Shown: positions 54,695 to 64,000 of the stretch, piece after piece | Position numbering within the stretch: the stretch's first letter is position 1 | Layout: the number at the start of each line of letters is the position of its first letter | From: a virus | DNA length: 64,000 bases | Virus record (IMG/VR): IMGVR_UViG_3300011980_000002 | Span: 128,001-192,000 of that record | Direction: 5' to 3' (one strand) | The notes under the pieces: model-generated | Told to the model about the DNA's origin: nothing | What the model saw: only the letters and a program-made list of their open reading frames with translations | The model's database searches: none | Position numbers and translations under genes: made by a program

Positions 54695-57600
54695 ATGGCG
54701 AGAAATCGAAATGGATCTATATTAAAATCTTTTTCAAATAATATTCGTAGTAAGTCTAAACAGATATCTACACCATGGTTAAAAAATGCCATGAAAGGTA
54801 TCGGAGCTGCTGCGAAGGATACGCTAAAAGATATTGCTCCTGTTTTATATGATGCATCTACTACTGCTGGTAAAGCTAGTAAAGATGCAATTACTTTATT
54901 GCGTGGTAATACAAATGCTACTGCAATGAATAAGTTAATATCTAAAAATATATATGTAAGAACTGCCAGAGACATGATCAAATGGACAATGGAAGATTTA
55001 CGTTCAGGTAAATTATTTAATGAAGATCGTGTTACCGACATATTAATGGGTGGTGATGGAAGTGGTTCTGCAATGAGTGACCCAGACTCAATGTTTTCAG
55101 ACTGGGACATGGACGATGATGGAAGTTCCGGTAATGTCATTATTAATAATAATTCTGATAGTAGTAATGCCGGATTTGCATTAGCAGTTAATGAAGGATT
55201 AAGAGAATCTACAATGGCACAACTCAAAGGTCAACAAGCAATGGTTGATACTATGGTTGCTATTAGTGGAAGTCAAATTCTTCAAAATCAAGAGATAGGT
55301 AATCAGATTATTACCCAATTAACTAATGTAAATAATAATCTTATTGCTATAAATGAATTTAACAAAACTACTATGACAAGTTTTGTTACAACTGTTACCG
55401 CTTATATGGAAAAAATGGGTAAGAAAGCAGATGAATATGATTCATCTGAAGAGAAATTTGACCCAGCATCTATATTTAGTGGTGGATTTAATTTAGGTAA
55501 CTATGGTAAGCATATTAAAAAGAATGTAAAAACAGCATTTGAGAATTCTGATATTGGATTTGTTCATAGTTTAGTTAGTGACCCAGAGACGCTTAAACTA
55601 ATTACAGCTAATCCATTAGGTGCATTAACAACTTTAACAATGAAAGCAATGACTCCTAAGTTAATGAAAAAGACTATGAGTCAGATAGATGAAGCTGTTG
55701 CGGGATTTATGCCATCGTTATTAATGAGAATAGGTGAGTTATCTGAATCCAGAGAACTTGGATGGAAAGGTAAACTTAAACGATGGATAGGTGATGTATT
55801 TGGATTACAAAATGTATCTAATACTGATAGAAATAAATTAAATCCTACTAAAAATATCACTAAAGATGCAGCAGTATTTGATGGTATTACAAGACATACT
55901 ATTGTAGAAATAATTCCTAAATACTTAAGTGAATCTGTATCATATCTTAAAGAATTGGTTCATGTTAATGGTGGTAATGTTGGTAGGGCTATGGGAAGTC
56001 GAGAAATCTTCGACTTTAATAAAGGTAGATTTAGTACCGTAGCTAAATCAAGAAGAGACTTATATGAACAGATAAGAAGTTCAGGTACTGATGTAATTGC
56101 TAGTGGTAAATTAGGTAGACATATCGAATCTAACAGTGGTGCTGCTTATACTGACAAAGATGGTAAATACGATAATAAAGCATTAGAGCAATGGAATGAT
56201 ATGGTAACCAAATTCTACGATCAATTAGAGCGTATGAATAAAATGATAGACATGACTAATTTCTCCGAAGATGGAGATATTATGAAAGCTATCAAGGGAA
56301 CCGGATATGGTGGTAAGATGGCTGAGTTCTTAAAACAACTCATGATAGAAGCATCTAAAGATACATCTATTACAACTACCGCTAACTCAGATTTCCAAAG
56401 AGCAAGATACTCAAGAAAAGCTACCATTAAAGATATGAATGAAAATCCGGATTATTATAATCTTAGTGCTGTAGCAAATCTTAGTGAAGATATTGATCAA
56501 ACAATGGACAGAGTATTTGGTGGTGTATTTGGTAATCCAAATGAAATCAAACAATCCGGTTCAATGGTTAAAACTTTATCTGATATAAGATATATTCTTA
56601 ATAGAGGAATTAATGTAAGAATTACTGGGCATGGACCATATCAAACATTTACCGGTCAAGAAACTAATATTTCTAGTATCACTAGAGAAAACGCTCCTCA
56701 AAGAAATACATCTCCACAATCATCTCAAAATGATGAAGACAAAGCTGGTCCAACTAAATTGGAAGAAATGTCTACTGAAGAGATGATAAATCATGTTGCT
56801 GAAAATGGTACTTTGTATAACGATGATACTAAGACTACTAAGAAAGTTAAAGATATAATGCACGCATTACTATTTGGAAATGCTTCAATGGCATTTAGTG
56901 GTGTTGCAGATATATTTATTAGTAAGATTAATGGTGTTATCGATGTAATAGATAAAGACTTTTTCCAACCAATGAAAGCAAGTTTATTCGGTACTAAAGA
57001 TGAACAAGGTTATTCTCGTAATGGTGTATTCTCTGGAATGCAGCAACAGTTTACAGATTACTATAGAAGTATTGTAAGACAGTTTAATGGTAAAGGATAT
57101 ACTGACTCTAAAGGTCAAAAACATGAGGATATTACTGACCCAAGTAAATCTGTTGTAGGACAAATTAAAGCTACAGTATCGGATATAAAAGAAACTGTAG
57201 TAGATTATGTTTTAGGTCCTAAAGATAGCGAGACTGGTAAAAGAGAAAAAGGTATGGGTCTTGTTAATATCTTTAGAGATGGAATTGAAGGATGGGGAAA
57301 AGCTATCTTTGGAGAAACTGAAGATGGTAAACCTAAATTCGATGCAGAGAAATTTAAAAAAGAAGTAAGTGAAAGAATGCCTAGTGCTGTTACTGGAGCT
57401 TTAGGTGGTGCTGTTCTTGGTAGTATGACAAGTGGAAGTTTACTTGGTTGGTTAGTTGGTGGTCCTGTTACTGGTTCTATATTAGGATTAGCTACTGGAT
57501 TTGCTTCTAAGAGTAAAAAGTTCCAACAATTCCTATTTGGTGAAAAAGACGAAGAAGGTAATATTGTCAGAGACAGTGGTATCATCAATAAGAAAATGCA

Positions 57601-60600
57601 AGACTGGTTCAAGAAGAATAAAGTTCCAATCATAGGTGGAGCAGCAGTTGGAGCTGCGAAATCTGTATTACTTGGTAATGGATTTTTAACAGGAATGGTT
57701 GGAAACATCATAGGCGGACCATTAGCTGGAGCATTACTTGGTTCTATTGGTGGAATAGCTTTAAGATCTGAAGCTTTTAAAACTTTCTTATTTGGTGATA
57801 TGGATAAAGTGGATGCACACGGAAATCGTGGATGGCATAAGGGAATAATCCCAATGTTTAAAGGTATCTTTAAGAAAAATGATGGTACGACAGATGAAGG
57901 TAAATCAATGCTTGGAATGGCTGGTATTGGTGCTGGAGTTGGTTATTTATCTGCGGCTGTTATTGGTAAGATGGGATTTTTAGGTGCCATGGCAACCCCA
58001 TTTGGTCCGATTGGTGGTGCTATTGCAGGTTTAGCATTATCTATTAAAGCATCTCAAGGTGGATTTAGAGAATGGTTATTTGGTAAGGAAAATGAAGATG
58101 GAACAAAATCTGCTGGTATATTAGGAAGATTTGCTAATATGTTAAATGCAGAATTACTTACACCATTTAAACAAGGTGCAATGGAATTTGCATTAGATAC
58201 TAGAGACTTCTTAATAGATAAGATTATGGCTCCTATTGAATTTGCTATAGAACCATTTGCAAATGCAATGAAAGACTTAGGTGATAAAATTAAGAAAACC
58301 TTTGAGAAAGTTGGTAATTTTATCGTTGATTCTATAAAAGAACACATGATAAAACCTATAACTGAAACTATTGGTAAGTACATATTATCACCTATAAGAA
58401 AAACATTCGGTATATTATTTAAATTAACTACAGGAATAATTAAATCTATCGTAGCTGCTCCATTTTCTGCTATAGGAATGATGGCTAATTACGGTGAATA
58501 TAAAGAGCGTAAGCGTAGTAGAAGAATGGCTATTGATGATGTCTATGAAGAACAAGGTTTACTTGGTGGATTAATTCATCAAGGTAAGGTTATGCTTAAC
58601 TATGGTGGAGCTAGAGAAGCTGCTAACTATAAACATCATAGATATTCTGACTGGGGTGAGCGTAAGAAACGTTATGAAGCTGATAGATTAAGAAGAGCTG
58701 AAGAAAGAAAAACCCAAAAAGAAGAGGGTAGAAGAAATGTCCGTAATAGGATATTAATGGCTCGTTATTCTGGTGGAGAATTATTAGAAGATAGTGAAGA
58801 AAATCGTGCTAGATTAGAGGAGATGCTAAAAAATAGTCCTCGTAAGCGTAAACTATTTGGATTATTAGCTGATAAACCTAATTTCAAAGGTGCTGCTACT
58901 GAAGAAAATAGATCTACCAAATTAGATAATAGCAATATTATCAAAAATGCAGATAGTCCAGGTTCTCCAGTAGATGAAAGACAGTTGGGTACTCAGTTAA
59001 GTATCTTAGATTTACTTAGAAAGATATTTGGTCTAAATAAGGATAATAAGAAACTTAAAGGGTCAAGAAAATTTACTGGTGGAAGAAGAACTACAACAGA
59101 AGATGGTGAAAATCCAGAGTCTCAAACAGACGAAGAGGTTATTAACGATGAAGATGAAAATAGACCAGCTCATAAATCTTTATTCCAAAGATTAAGAGAA
59201 TATAATTATGGTAATTTAAATCCATTCAAGAGATTCTTCGGAGATAAAGCAGATAAAGGTGACAGACCTCGTATAAGATATTATGCCGAAGGTGGAGACC
59301 ATAAAGAAGATGGAATGGCTGTAGTAGGAGAAGAAGGACCGGAGTTAGTAAGATTAGCTAGAGGTTCTAGGATATTTGGTGGTAGAAAACCATTGCCTGT
59401 TACAGTTGTTGATATGAATAGTAAAGCTGTTAGTAAGTTTAAAGTAGCCACTGCTCCTAAAATATCTGAAGAAGCTGGAGTTACAGTAACCAGAAGAAGT
59501 CTCATTGATAAACAGAGAGAAGAGGATAAATCAGATTACCAGAAACAAAAAGATGCTGGTAAACTTGAGAATATTGAGAAGAGAAAACTCGAAGAAGAAA
59601 AGCTTAATATGGAACGAGAAAATCATGACAATATTAAAGCTACAAGAGAAACTCAAGAGAAATTCTCATTAGGATGGGGTAAGATATTCTCTAAAAAAGG
59701 AATAATTACTGCTGGATTTATGATACTATTACCACTATTAATCAAATGGTTAATGGGAAAAGGTGGTGATGGTGGTGGAATCAGTGGTCCAGATATCGGT
59801 AAACAAGTTTTAAACGATTTATCATTCGGACAAGACCATTTACAAGATGGAAAAAGTACTCCTGAAATGATAAAAGAAACCATGGATGATACTAAGCATC
59901 TTTTTAAAGGTGATATATGGAAATGGGTAACATCTGATGGTGGATGGGATCATGAAAGCGGTGCTAAACTAAATGCATTAGGGCATATTCCAGTTGCTCT
60001 TGGTGGATTATTAAGACCTTTCCTAAAAACTGGTACTAAACAAAATAAAGCTGTGATGAATTTCATCAATGGTTTTAAGAATAGTAAATTCTTAGGATTT
60101 GGTAAAAGACAACTTGGAAGAGCTGGTAGTGCTATAGGTTCAGGTGCAGGTCGTTTTGGTACAAGAGCATTAGAATACATGGATGAAGCTGGAGCTGGTA
60201 TTAATCTTGCAGTTAATATGAGAGCTGCTAATCCAGGTTCAAGAATGAAAGATGTACTTAAAGATATGAAACTCATTAAACAAGGTGAGGGTTCATATAG
60301 AGAAGCATTAGAAACCATGAAAACATTCCAGAATTCAGGATACGGAAGTATGGATGAAGCTCTTGGAATGATGGGATATGGTGGAGAAGGATATAAAGTA
60401 CTTGGAAAAGGTAGTGGTGTCGGAGATGACATAGTTAGAAATACAAGAAGAGTAATAGGTCCAAATGCTGCTAAAACCGGTGGTCTCCGTGAAACAATGA
60501 TGCGTCAGAAAGAAATGGCTAGATTAGCTAAAAACGAAACTAGTGTTGGTAATAAATACTTGGCTAGTTTAGCTGATGATGGCGATGAACTTGCTAAATT

Positions 60601-63600
60601 ATTAGGTGATACATCTGGAGCAACTAACTCTGAAATACTTAGAACCTTTAAGGGTGATAAAAACTTTGCAAGAACTATTGGACAAAAACAGTTAGCAAAT
60701 GCTGGAGAAGAAACCGCAAATTCTTTCTGGAGAAAGAGCGTAGGTTTAGGAGACGATTTAGGTGAAGCTGGTGCTAAACTTGGACAAACATTCGGAGATG
60801 ATGGTTTAGAGCTAGCCGCTAAAGCTGGTTCATTCTCAGATGATGCTGCAAGAGCTGCCGGAAAAGCTGGTAAAGGATTTACTGATGATGCTTTAAGAGT
60901 TGCATCTAAATCTATAGGAAGTTTGATGGATGAATTCTGGAAAGTTGCAGCTAAAGTTGGTGGAAAGATTGGTAGTAAAATGCCATCTTTTGTAGATGAC
61001 ATACTTAGAGCAATTGGAAAGAAATTCGCATACTTTACAGCTAAACTTGCTGCAATTATGGGTAAGACTGCTGCATTAGCAGCTACAGTTGTAGGTTATT
61101 TAGCAGACCAAACATTATGGATTACTGTTGGTGCAGTCGATGGTTTAACAGGTGCTGCTAGACTATTCCAGATAGATAGACCTGACTGGATAATGGTTGC
61201 ATTATCTGGTGCTATAGGTGCATTTAAAGGAAGTACAGTTGGTTCTATACTTGACTTAATAAATGAAATAGTTCATAGTGTATTAGGGCTAGATATGTTC
61301 CATGAACTTGCTTCTTGGGTTTATGGATTTTTAGCAGGTAATGAGAAATACCAGAATTTACTAAGACAAAAAGAAGAGTTTAAAAATCAATTCTTAGAGG
61401 ATGATGAGGCTTCTTTAAGAAAGCAATATGAAGCATATCTTGGAATTACTGGTACTAATGAAAATCAAGTATCATTTGAGAAATTCATGGAGCATGTTAA
61501 TAAAGGTGATATCAAAGTTAAGACTGAATCTTTTGCAGATTACAATGAAAGAAAACATGCTTCAGTTTTAGGTCATTTAGGAAGAGGTACTGTTAATGCA
61601 ATCAATGCTACGGGAAACTTCTTAGTAGGAACAGATAGCCAATCATGGAGAGACCAAATGGGTAATACATGGGTGGTTAAAGATGATCGAAAAGGAATAG
61701 CTCAAGTTTACAGTAAAGATGGACAGATGCTCGGTGAGATGAGTGCTGAGAATATTGATAAAGAAAACTGGAAGTATAACGGTAAACAAGAAGGTAGAGG
61801 TGCTGTCGATGTTATTGGAGATGGTATTACTACTGCTACGAACGCTATAGGAGATGCGTACAACACTGTAAGAGCTAATCCATTTGGACGAGCTTCTGTT
61901 GCTGCACTAACTATGGGCACAAGTGAACTCTGGGATTTTGCAAGTAACCCTGCTCAATATATGTCAGGTATGGGAAAAACCATGGGACAAGGAGCTGGTG
62001 CATTATGGGGCGGTATGAAAGCTGCTGGTAAAGGTATTTCTGATTTTGCAGGAGCGGCATGGAATGGTATAGGTGCCGCTGGTGATAAATTAGGTGAATT
62101 CTTTGCTCCTATAGGAAAGGGATTTAATAATGTACTTAAAAACTTATTCGCACCATTGATTGGAGAAGTAAAGCTATTTAGTAGTGATTTCTTAATGAGA
62201 AATGCTAAAGTTCCTGAAGCATATGCTAAAGCTGGTGACATTAGTGGTTTATGGTCAAGCTTAGATGCAGGTATGGAAGGTGGCTACAATCAAGATAGTG
62301 ATGATGCATCTCTAATAAGAGGTGTTGGTGGAGCTGTTAGTAGAATTGCAGGATTTTTCTCAAGAATATATTACACATTTCCAGCAGCGTTTAGTGCTCT
62401 AGGAAATTGGTGGGATGATACTGTAACTAAACCATTTAGAGAATTTTCAAGTAACGCTCAACCTAGAATAGATAGTATAAAAAGTCAGATAGACGCTGCT
62501 GCTGCTGCCGGTGATATTGCTAGTATAGCTAGTGGCGTTGGTGTTGGTCGTGGACCAACATTAGGTGGTTCAGGTATGCTTGAAGATTTGTATGTGAATG
62601 TTATGACATTTTTACCATATATTGGCGGTACATTTAAAGCAGGATTTAATGCTGTTGGAAAATGGTGGAACGATAATGTTGCACAACCATTTATAAATTT
62701 TGGATTAGAATTACAACCACATTATGTTTCTATCGCTGAGAAAATAACTGAAGCAGCTTCTAATGGTGATATAGGTGCAGTTTGGAGTGCTGAAGATACA
62801 GCCGAAGGTGAACTTAGTTCATTTCAATCAACTGTACTCGGTGCAATGTCTATTGGACCAAAAATTGGTGGTACATTTGTAGCAGGATTTAATGCTGTTG
62901 GAAAATGGTGGAATAACGCTATAGTTAAACCATTCAAAGAATTTGCTGATAATGCTCAACCTACTATAGATGAAGTTAATGATAAAATGTGGGCTGCCGC
63001 TGCTGCCGGTGATACAGAGGCTGTTGGCGAAGCTCAAAGAATTAATACTGGTAGCCCTTTAATGAATTTGTATGTCAGTGCAATGACAATGTTTCCATGG
63101 ATGGGTGCAAGTATGAAAGCCGGAGTTGTTAAGATTGGTAATATATTCTCAGAGTTCTTTAACAATGAAGGTGAGTCTATTAAGAATATGGGTAACAGTA
63201 TGGCTTCATACTGGAAGACCTTGAATGGGAAATTTGACGGGGAAGGATATCAGAAAATATCTGTCGGTGAGTTATTTACATTTGGAAAGAATTCATCTAT
63301 TTCAAATACTATAGTAGGAGCCTTAACCGGTATATTTGGAACTGTTTGGTATGTTATTAGAGCTGCTGTTGAAGAAGTTGGTGGTTTTTTCAAAAATGCT
63401 TGGGATGTGATAACTGCACCATTTAAATGGATTGGTGATAAAGTAAAAGAACTATCAAAAGATACAGAGACTACTAAGCAATCATGGAATGATATAGTTA
63501 ATAACCAAAATGTATCATCATCAACTACAACATCCAATTATAGTAAGCGTGAATCAGCATATCTTAATAGTAATATGTGGGCTAATATGACAGATGAACA

Positions 63601-64000
63601 AATACGAGCAAAGGTTAAAGAACTAAATAAGACTATAGGATATGATTCATATAACGCAGATGAAATAATTGCTAGCCGAAATAAAAAGAAAGAGAATAAC
63701 TACTCATCTTATAGTAATACAACTATCGGTGTAGATTCTAGTGGAAATATTACTACTAAACAATCTAACGGTGGTAAAGGTGGTGGAAAGGGTGGTAAAG
63801 ATATTAGTTTACCATACTTCTCACAAAAAGACCCAAGATGGGGTAATAAGAAATACGGTAATGAAAAAATGTCAGACGCTGGTTGTGGACCTAATGTTAT
63901 GGCTTCTGTAGCATCTGGTTTAGGTGGTGCAAGAGGTGGTTCAGTATCACCGATGGAAATGGCAGATTACGCTAAGGAAAAAGGATATAGAGATAGTACT
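54695..64000 (+). CDS. giant tape-measure-like virion protein with C-terminal cysteine-peptidase-like domain (3' end beyond window)
   Basis: The frame is opened by TAA at 54683 and the first ATG is at 54695, after GAAAGGGGGA. I checked the frame at about 54.7, 58.5-59.8, 62.3-63.2 and 63.8 kb; it is always the same (position mod 3 = 2) and I saw no stops. The gene contains Gly-zipper hydrophobic segments, the TMP hallmark VVGEEGPELVRLARGS (59321-59350) and internal repeats. It was omitted from the ORF track, presumably because no stop lies in the window. Confidence 0.85.
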   Translation, partial: MARNRNGSILKSFSNNIRSKSKQISTPWLKNAMKGIGAAAKDTLKDIAPVLYDASTTAGKASKDAITLLRGNTNATAMNKLISKNIYVRTARDMIKWTMEDLRSGKLFNEDRVTDILMGGDGSGSAMSDPDSMFSDWDMDDDGSSGNVIINNNSDSSNAGFALAVNEGLRESTMAQLKGQQAMVDTMVAISGSQILQNQEIGNQIITQLTNVNNNLIAINEFNKTTMTSFVTTVTAYMEKMGKKADEYDSSEEKFDPASIFSGGFNLGNYGKHIKKNVKTAFENSDIGFVHSLVSDPETLKLITANPLGALTTLTMKAMTPKLMKKTMSQIDEAVAGFMPSLLMRIGELSESRELGWKGKLKRWIGDVFGLQNVSNTDRNKLNPTKNITKDAAVFDGITRHTIVEIIPKYLSESVSYLKELVHVNGGNVGRAMGSREIFDFNKGRFSTVAKSRRDLYEQIRSSGTDVIASGKLGRHIESNSGAAYTDKDGKYDNKALEQWNDMVTKFYDQLERMNKMIDMTNFSEDGDIMKAIKGTGYGGKMAEFLKQLMIEASKDTSITTTANSDFQRARYSRKATIKDMNENPDYYNLSAVANLSEDIDQTMDRVFGGVFGNPNEIKQSGSMVKTLSDIRYILNRGINVRITGHGPYQTFTGQETNISSITRENAPQRNTSPQSSQNDEDKAGPTKLEEMSTEEMINHVAENGTLYNDDTKTTKKVKDIMHALLFGNASMAFSGVADIFISKINGVIDVIDKDFFQPMKASLFGTKDEQGYSRNGVFSGMQQQFTDYYRSIVRQFNGKGYTDSKGQKHEDITDPSKSVVGQIKATVSDIKETVVDYVLGPKDSETGKREKGMGLVNIFRDGIEGWGKAIFGETEDGKPKFDAEKFKKEVSERMPSAVTGALGGAVLGSMTSGSLLGWLVGGPVTGSILGLATGFASKSKKFQQFLFGEKDEEGNIVRDSGIINKKMQDWFKKNKVPIIGGAAVGAAKSVLLGNGFLTGMVGNIIGGPLAGALLGSIGGIALRSEAFKTFLFGDMDKVDAHGNRGWHKGIIPMFKGIFKKNDGTTDEGKSMLGMAGIGAGVGYLSAAVIGKMGFLGAMATPFGPIGGAIAGLALSIKASQGGFREWLFGKENEDGTKSAGILGRFANMLNAELLTPFKQGAMEFALDTRDFLIDKIMAPIEFAIEPFANAMKDLGDKIKKTFEKVGNFIVDSIKEHMIKPITETIGKYILSPIRKTFGILFKLTTGIIKSIVAAPFSAIGMMANYGEYKERKRSRRMAIDDVYEEQGLLGGLIHQGKVMLNYGGAREAANYKHHRYSDWGERKKRYEADRLRRAEERKTQKEEGRRNVRNRILMARYSGGELLEDSEENRARLEEMLKNSPRKRKLFGLLADKPNFKGAATEENRSTKLDNSNIIKNADSPGSPVDERQLGTQLSILDLLRKIFGLNKDNKKLKGSRKFTGGRRTTTEDGENPESQTDEEVINDEDENRPAHKSLFQRLREYNYGNLNPFKRFFGDKADKGDRPRIRYYAEGGDHKEDGMAVVGEEGPELVRLARGSRIFGGRKPLPVTVVDMNSKAVSKFKVATAPKISEEAGVTVTRRSLIDKQREEDKSDYQKQKDAGKLENIEKRKLEEEKLNMERENHDNIKATRETQEKFSLGWGKIFSKKGIITAGFMILLPLLIKWLMGKGGDGGGISGPDIGKQVLNDLSFGQDHLQDGKSTPEMIKETMDDTKHLFKGDIWKWVTSDGGWDHESGAKLNALGHIPVALGGLLRPFLKTGTKQNKAVMNFINGFKNSKFLGFGKRQLGRAGSAIGSGAGRFGTRALEYMDEAGAGINLAVNMRAANPGSRMKDVLKDMKLIKQGEGSYREALETMKTFQNSGYGSMDEALGMMGYGGEGYKVLGKGSGVGDDIVRNTRRVIGPNAAKTGGLRETMMRQKEMARLAKNETSVGNKYLASLADDGDELAKLLGDTSGATNSEILRTFKGDKNFARTIGQKQLANAGEETANSFWRKSVGLGDDLGEAGAKLGQTFGDDGLELAAKAGSFSDDAARAAGKAGKGFTDDALRVASKSIGSLMDEFWKVAAKVGGKIGSKMPSFVDDILRAIGKKFAYFTAKLAAIMGKTAALAATVVGYLADQTLWITVGAVDGLTGAARLFQIDRPDWIMVALSGAIGAFKGSTVGSILDLINEIVHSVLGLDMFHELASWVYGFLAGNEKYQNLLRQKEEFKNQFLEDDEASLRKQYEAYLGITGTNENQVSFEKFMEHVNKGDIKVKTESFADYNERKHASVLGHLGRGTVNAINATGNFLVGTDSQSWRDQMGNTWVVKDDRKGIAQVYSKDGQMLGEMSAENIDKENWKYNGKQEGRGAVDVIGDGITTATNAIGDAYNTVRANPFGRASVAALTMGTSELWDFASNPAQYMSGMGKTMGQGAGALWGGMKAAGKGISDFAGAAWNGIGAAGDKLGEFFAPIGKGFNNVLKNLFAPLIGEVKLFSSDFLMRNAKVPEAYAKAGDISGLWSSLDAGMEGGYNQDSDDASLIRGVGGAVSRIAGFFSRIYYTFPAAFSALGNWWDDTVTKPFREFSSNAQPRIDSIKSQIDAAAAAGDIASIASGVGVGRGPTLGGSGMLEDLYVNVMTFLPYIGGTFKAGFNAVGKWWNDNVAQPFINFGLELQPHYVSIAEKITEAASNGDIGAVWSAEDTAEGELSSFQSTVLGAMSIGPKIGGTFVAGFNAVGKWWNNAIVKPFKEFADNAQPTIDEVNDKMWAAAAAGDTEAVGEAQRINTGSPLMNLYVSAMTMFPWMGASMKAGVVKIGNIFSEFFNNEGESIKNMGNSMASYWKTLNGKFDGEGYQKISVGELFTFGKNSSISNTIVGALTGIFGTVWYVIRAAVEEVGGFFKNAWDVITAPFKWIGDKVKELSKDTETTKQSWNDIVNNQNVSSSTTTSNYSKRESAYLNSNMWANMTDEQIRAKVKELNKTIGYDSYNADEIIASRNKKKENNYSSYSNTTIGVDSSGNITTKQSNGGKGGGKGGKDISLPYFSQKDPRWGNKKYGNEKMSDAGCGPNVMASVASGLGGARGGSVSPMEMADYAKEKGYRDST
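57380..58100 (+). repeat. three protein-level modules: glycine-zipper hydrophobic segment followed by F-x-x-(F/W)-LFG-x-x-D-x-x-G
   Basis: ...GALGGAVLGSMTSGSLLGWLVGGPVTGSILGLATGFASKSKKFQQFLFGEKDEEG; ...IIGGAAVGAAKSVLLGNGFLTGMVGNIIGGPLAGALLGSIGGIALRSEAFKTFLFGDMDKVDAHG; ...GMAGIGAGVGYLSAAVIGKMGFLGAMATPFGPIGGAIAGLALSIKASQGGFREWLFGKENEDG. Confidence 0.75.
62330..63170 (+). repeat. 3-4 tandem in-frame repeats of about 81-85 codons inside the giant ORF
   Basis: The anchor TGGTGG (WW) occurs at 62408, 62663 and 62906. Unit: F-x-A-G-F-N-A-V-G-K-W-W-N-x-x-V-x-x-P-F-x-x-F-...-Q-P-...-A-A-A-x-G-D. The 62641-62668 and 62884-62911 segments are identical at nt level (AGGATTTAATGCTGTTGGAAAATGGTGG). Confidence 0.85.

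Noticed and set aside
54652-63537. Fourteen minus-strand ORFs listed in the track (54652-55227, 56221-56427, 57205-57711, 58054-58383, 59281-59505, 59653-59883, 59950-60432, 60505-61002, 61708-61920, 61954-62241, 62828-63037, 63250-63537 and others)
   Set aside because: All lie antisense to one continuous plus-strand frame with clear tape-measure-like content. Their translations are low-complexity P/S/L/A-rich, the mirror of the Gly/Ala/Lys codons opposite, and none has an RBS.
1-64000. tRNA genes, rRNA, CRISPR arrays
   Set aside because: I scanned every spacer longer than 100 nt (2182-2308, 3616-3759, 23966-24058, 24365-24675, 44742-45409, 48384-48685, 54549-54694). I found no GTTCRANNC T-loop with a matching acceptor stem and no regularly spaced direct repeats. 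This was a by-eye search only; tRNAscan-SE or ARAGORN would be decisive.

Overview
The window is very AT-rich, densely packed and mostly plus-strand. It looks like part of a large (jumbo-type) tailed phage of a low-GC Gram-positive, probably Clostridia-like, host; the host guess rests on the endolysin cell-wall-binding repeats and the Shine-Dalgarno usage. Recognisable genes:
- Replication and nucleotide metabolism: NAD-dependent DNA ligase (5' partial), dUTPase, SF2 helicase, the polymerase half of a family B DNA polymerase, an SSB-like protein, a zinc-ribbon/Toprim primase, a DUF4406-like protein and an unusually long ThyX.
- Transcription: three fragments of phage multisubunit RNA polymerases. 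These are a beta-like N-terminal polypeptide split by an HNH-carrying group I-type intron, and two non-complementary beta-prime-like polypeptides.
- Other: polyphosphate kinase PPK1, a Cpn60/GroEL-family chaperonin, a GH73 endolysin with clostridial-type wall-binding repeats, and a giant tape-measure-like ORF.

The giant ORF starts at 54695, is more than 3100 codons long, runs off the window and is absent from the supplied ORF track. Every minus-strand ORF listed after 54652 is antisense noise inside it.

Non-coding structure is rich:
- about 17 Rho-independent terminators;
- a 19-nt promoter-like core (ATATAMTATTWNNTTGTAA) at a fixed distance upstream of at least 9-12 genes;
- a four-copy extended version of that promoter driving short terminator-insulated cassettes of small genes;
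- a conserved 20-nt translation leader;
- a 668-bp ORF-free structured region;
- a frame break at a T5 run;
- a tandem paralog array with a duplication scar.

I found no tRNA, rRNA or CRISPR array. About two thirds of the proteins have no motif I can recognise.
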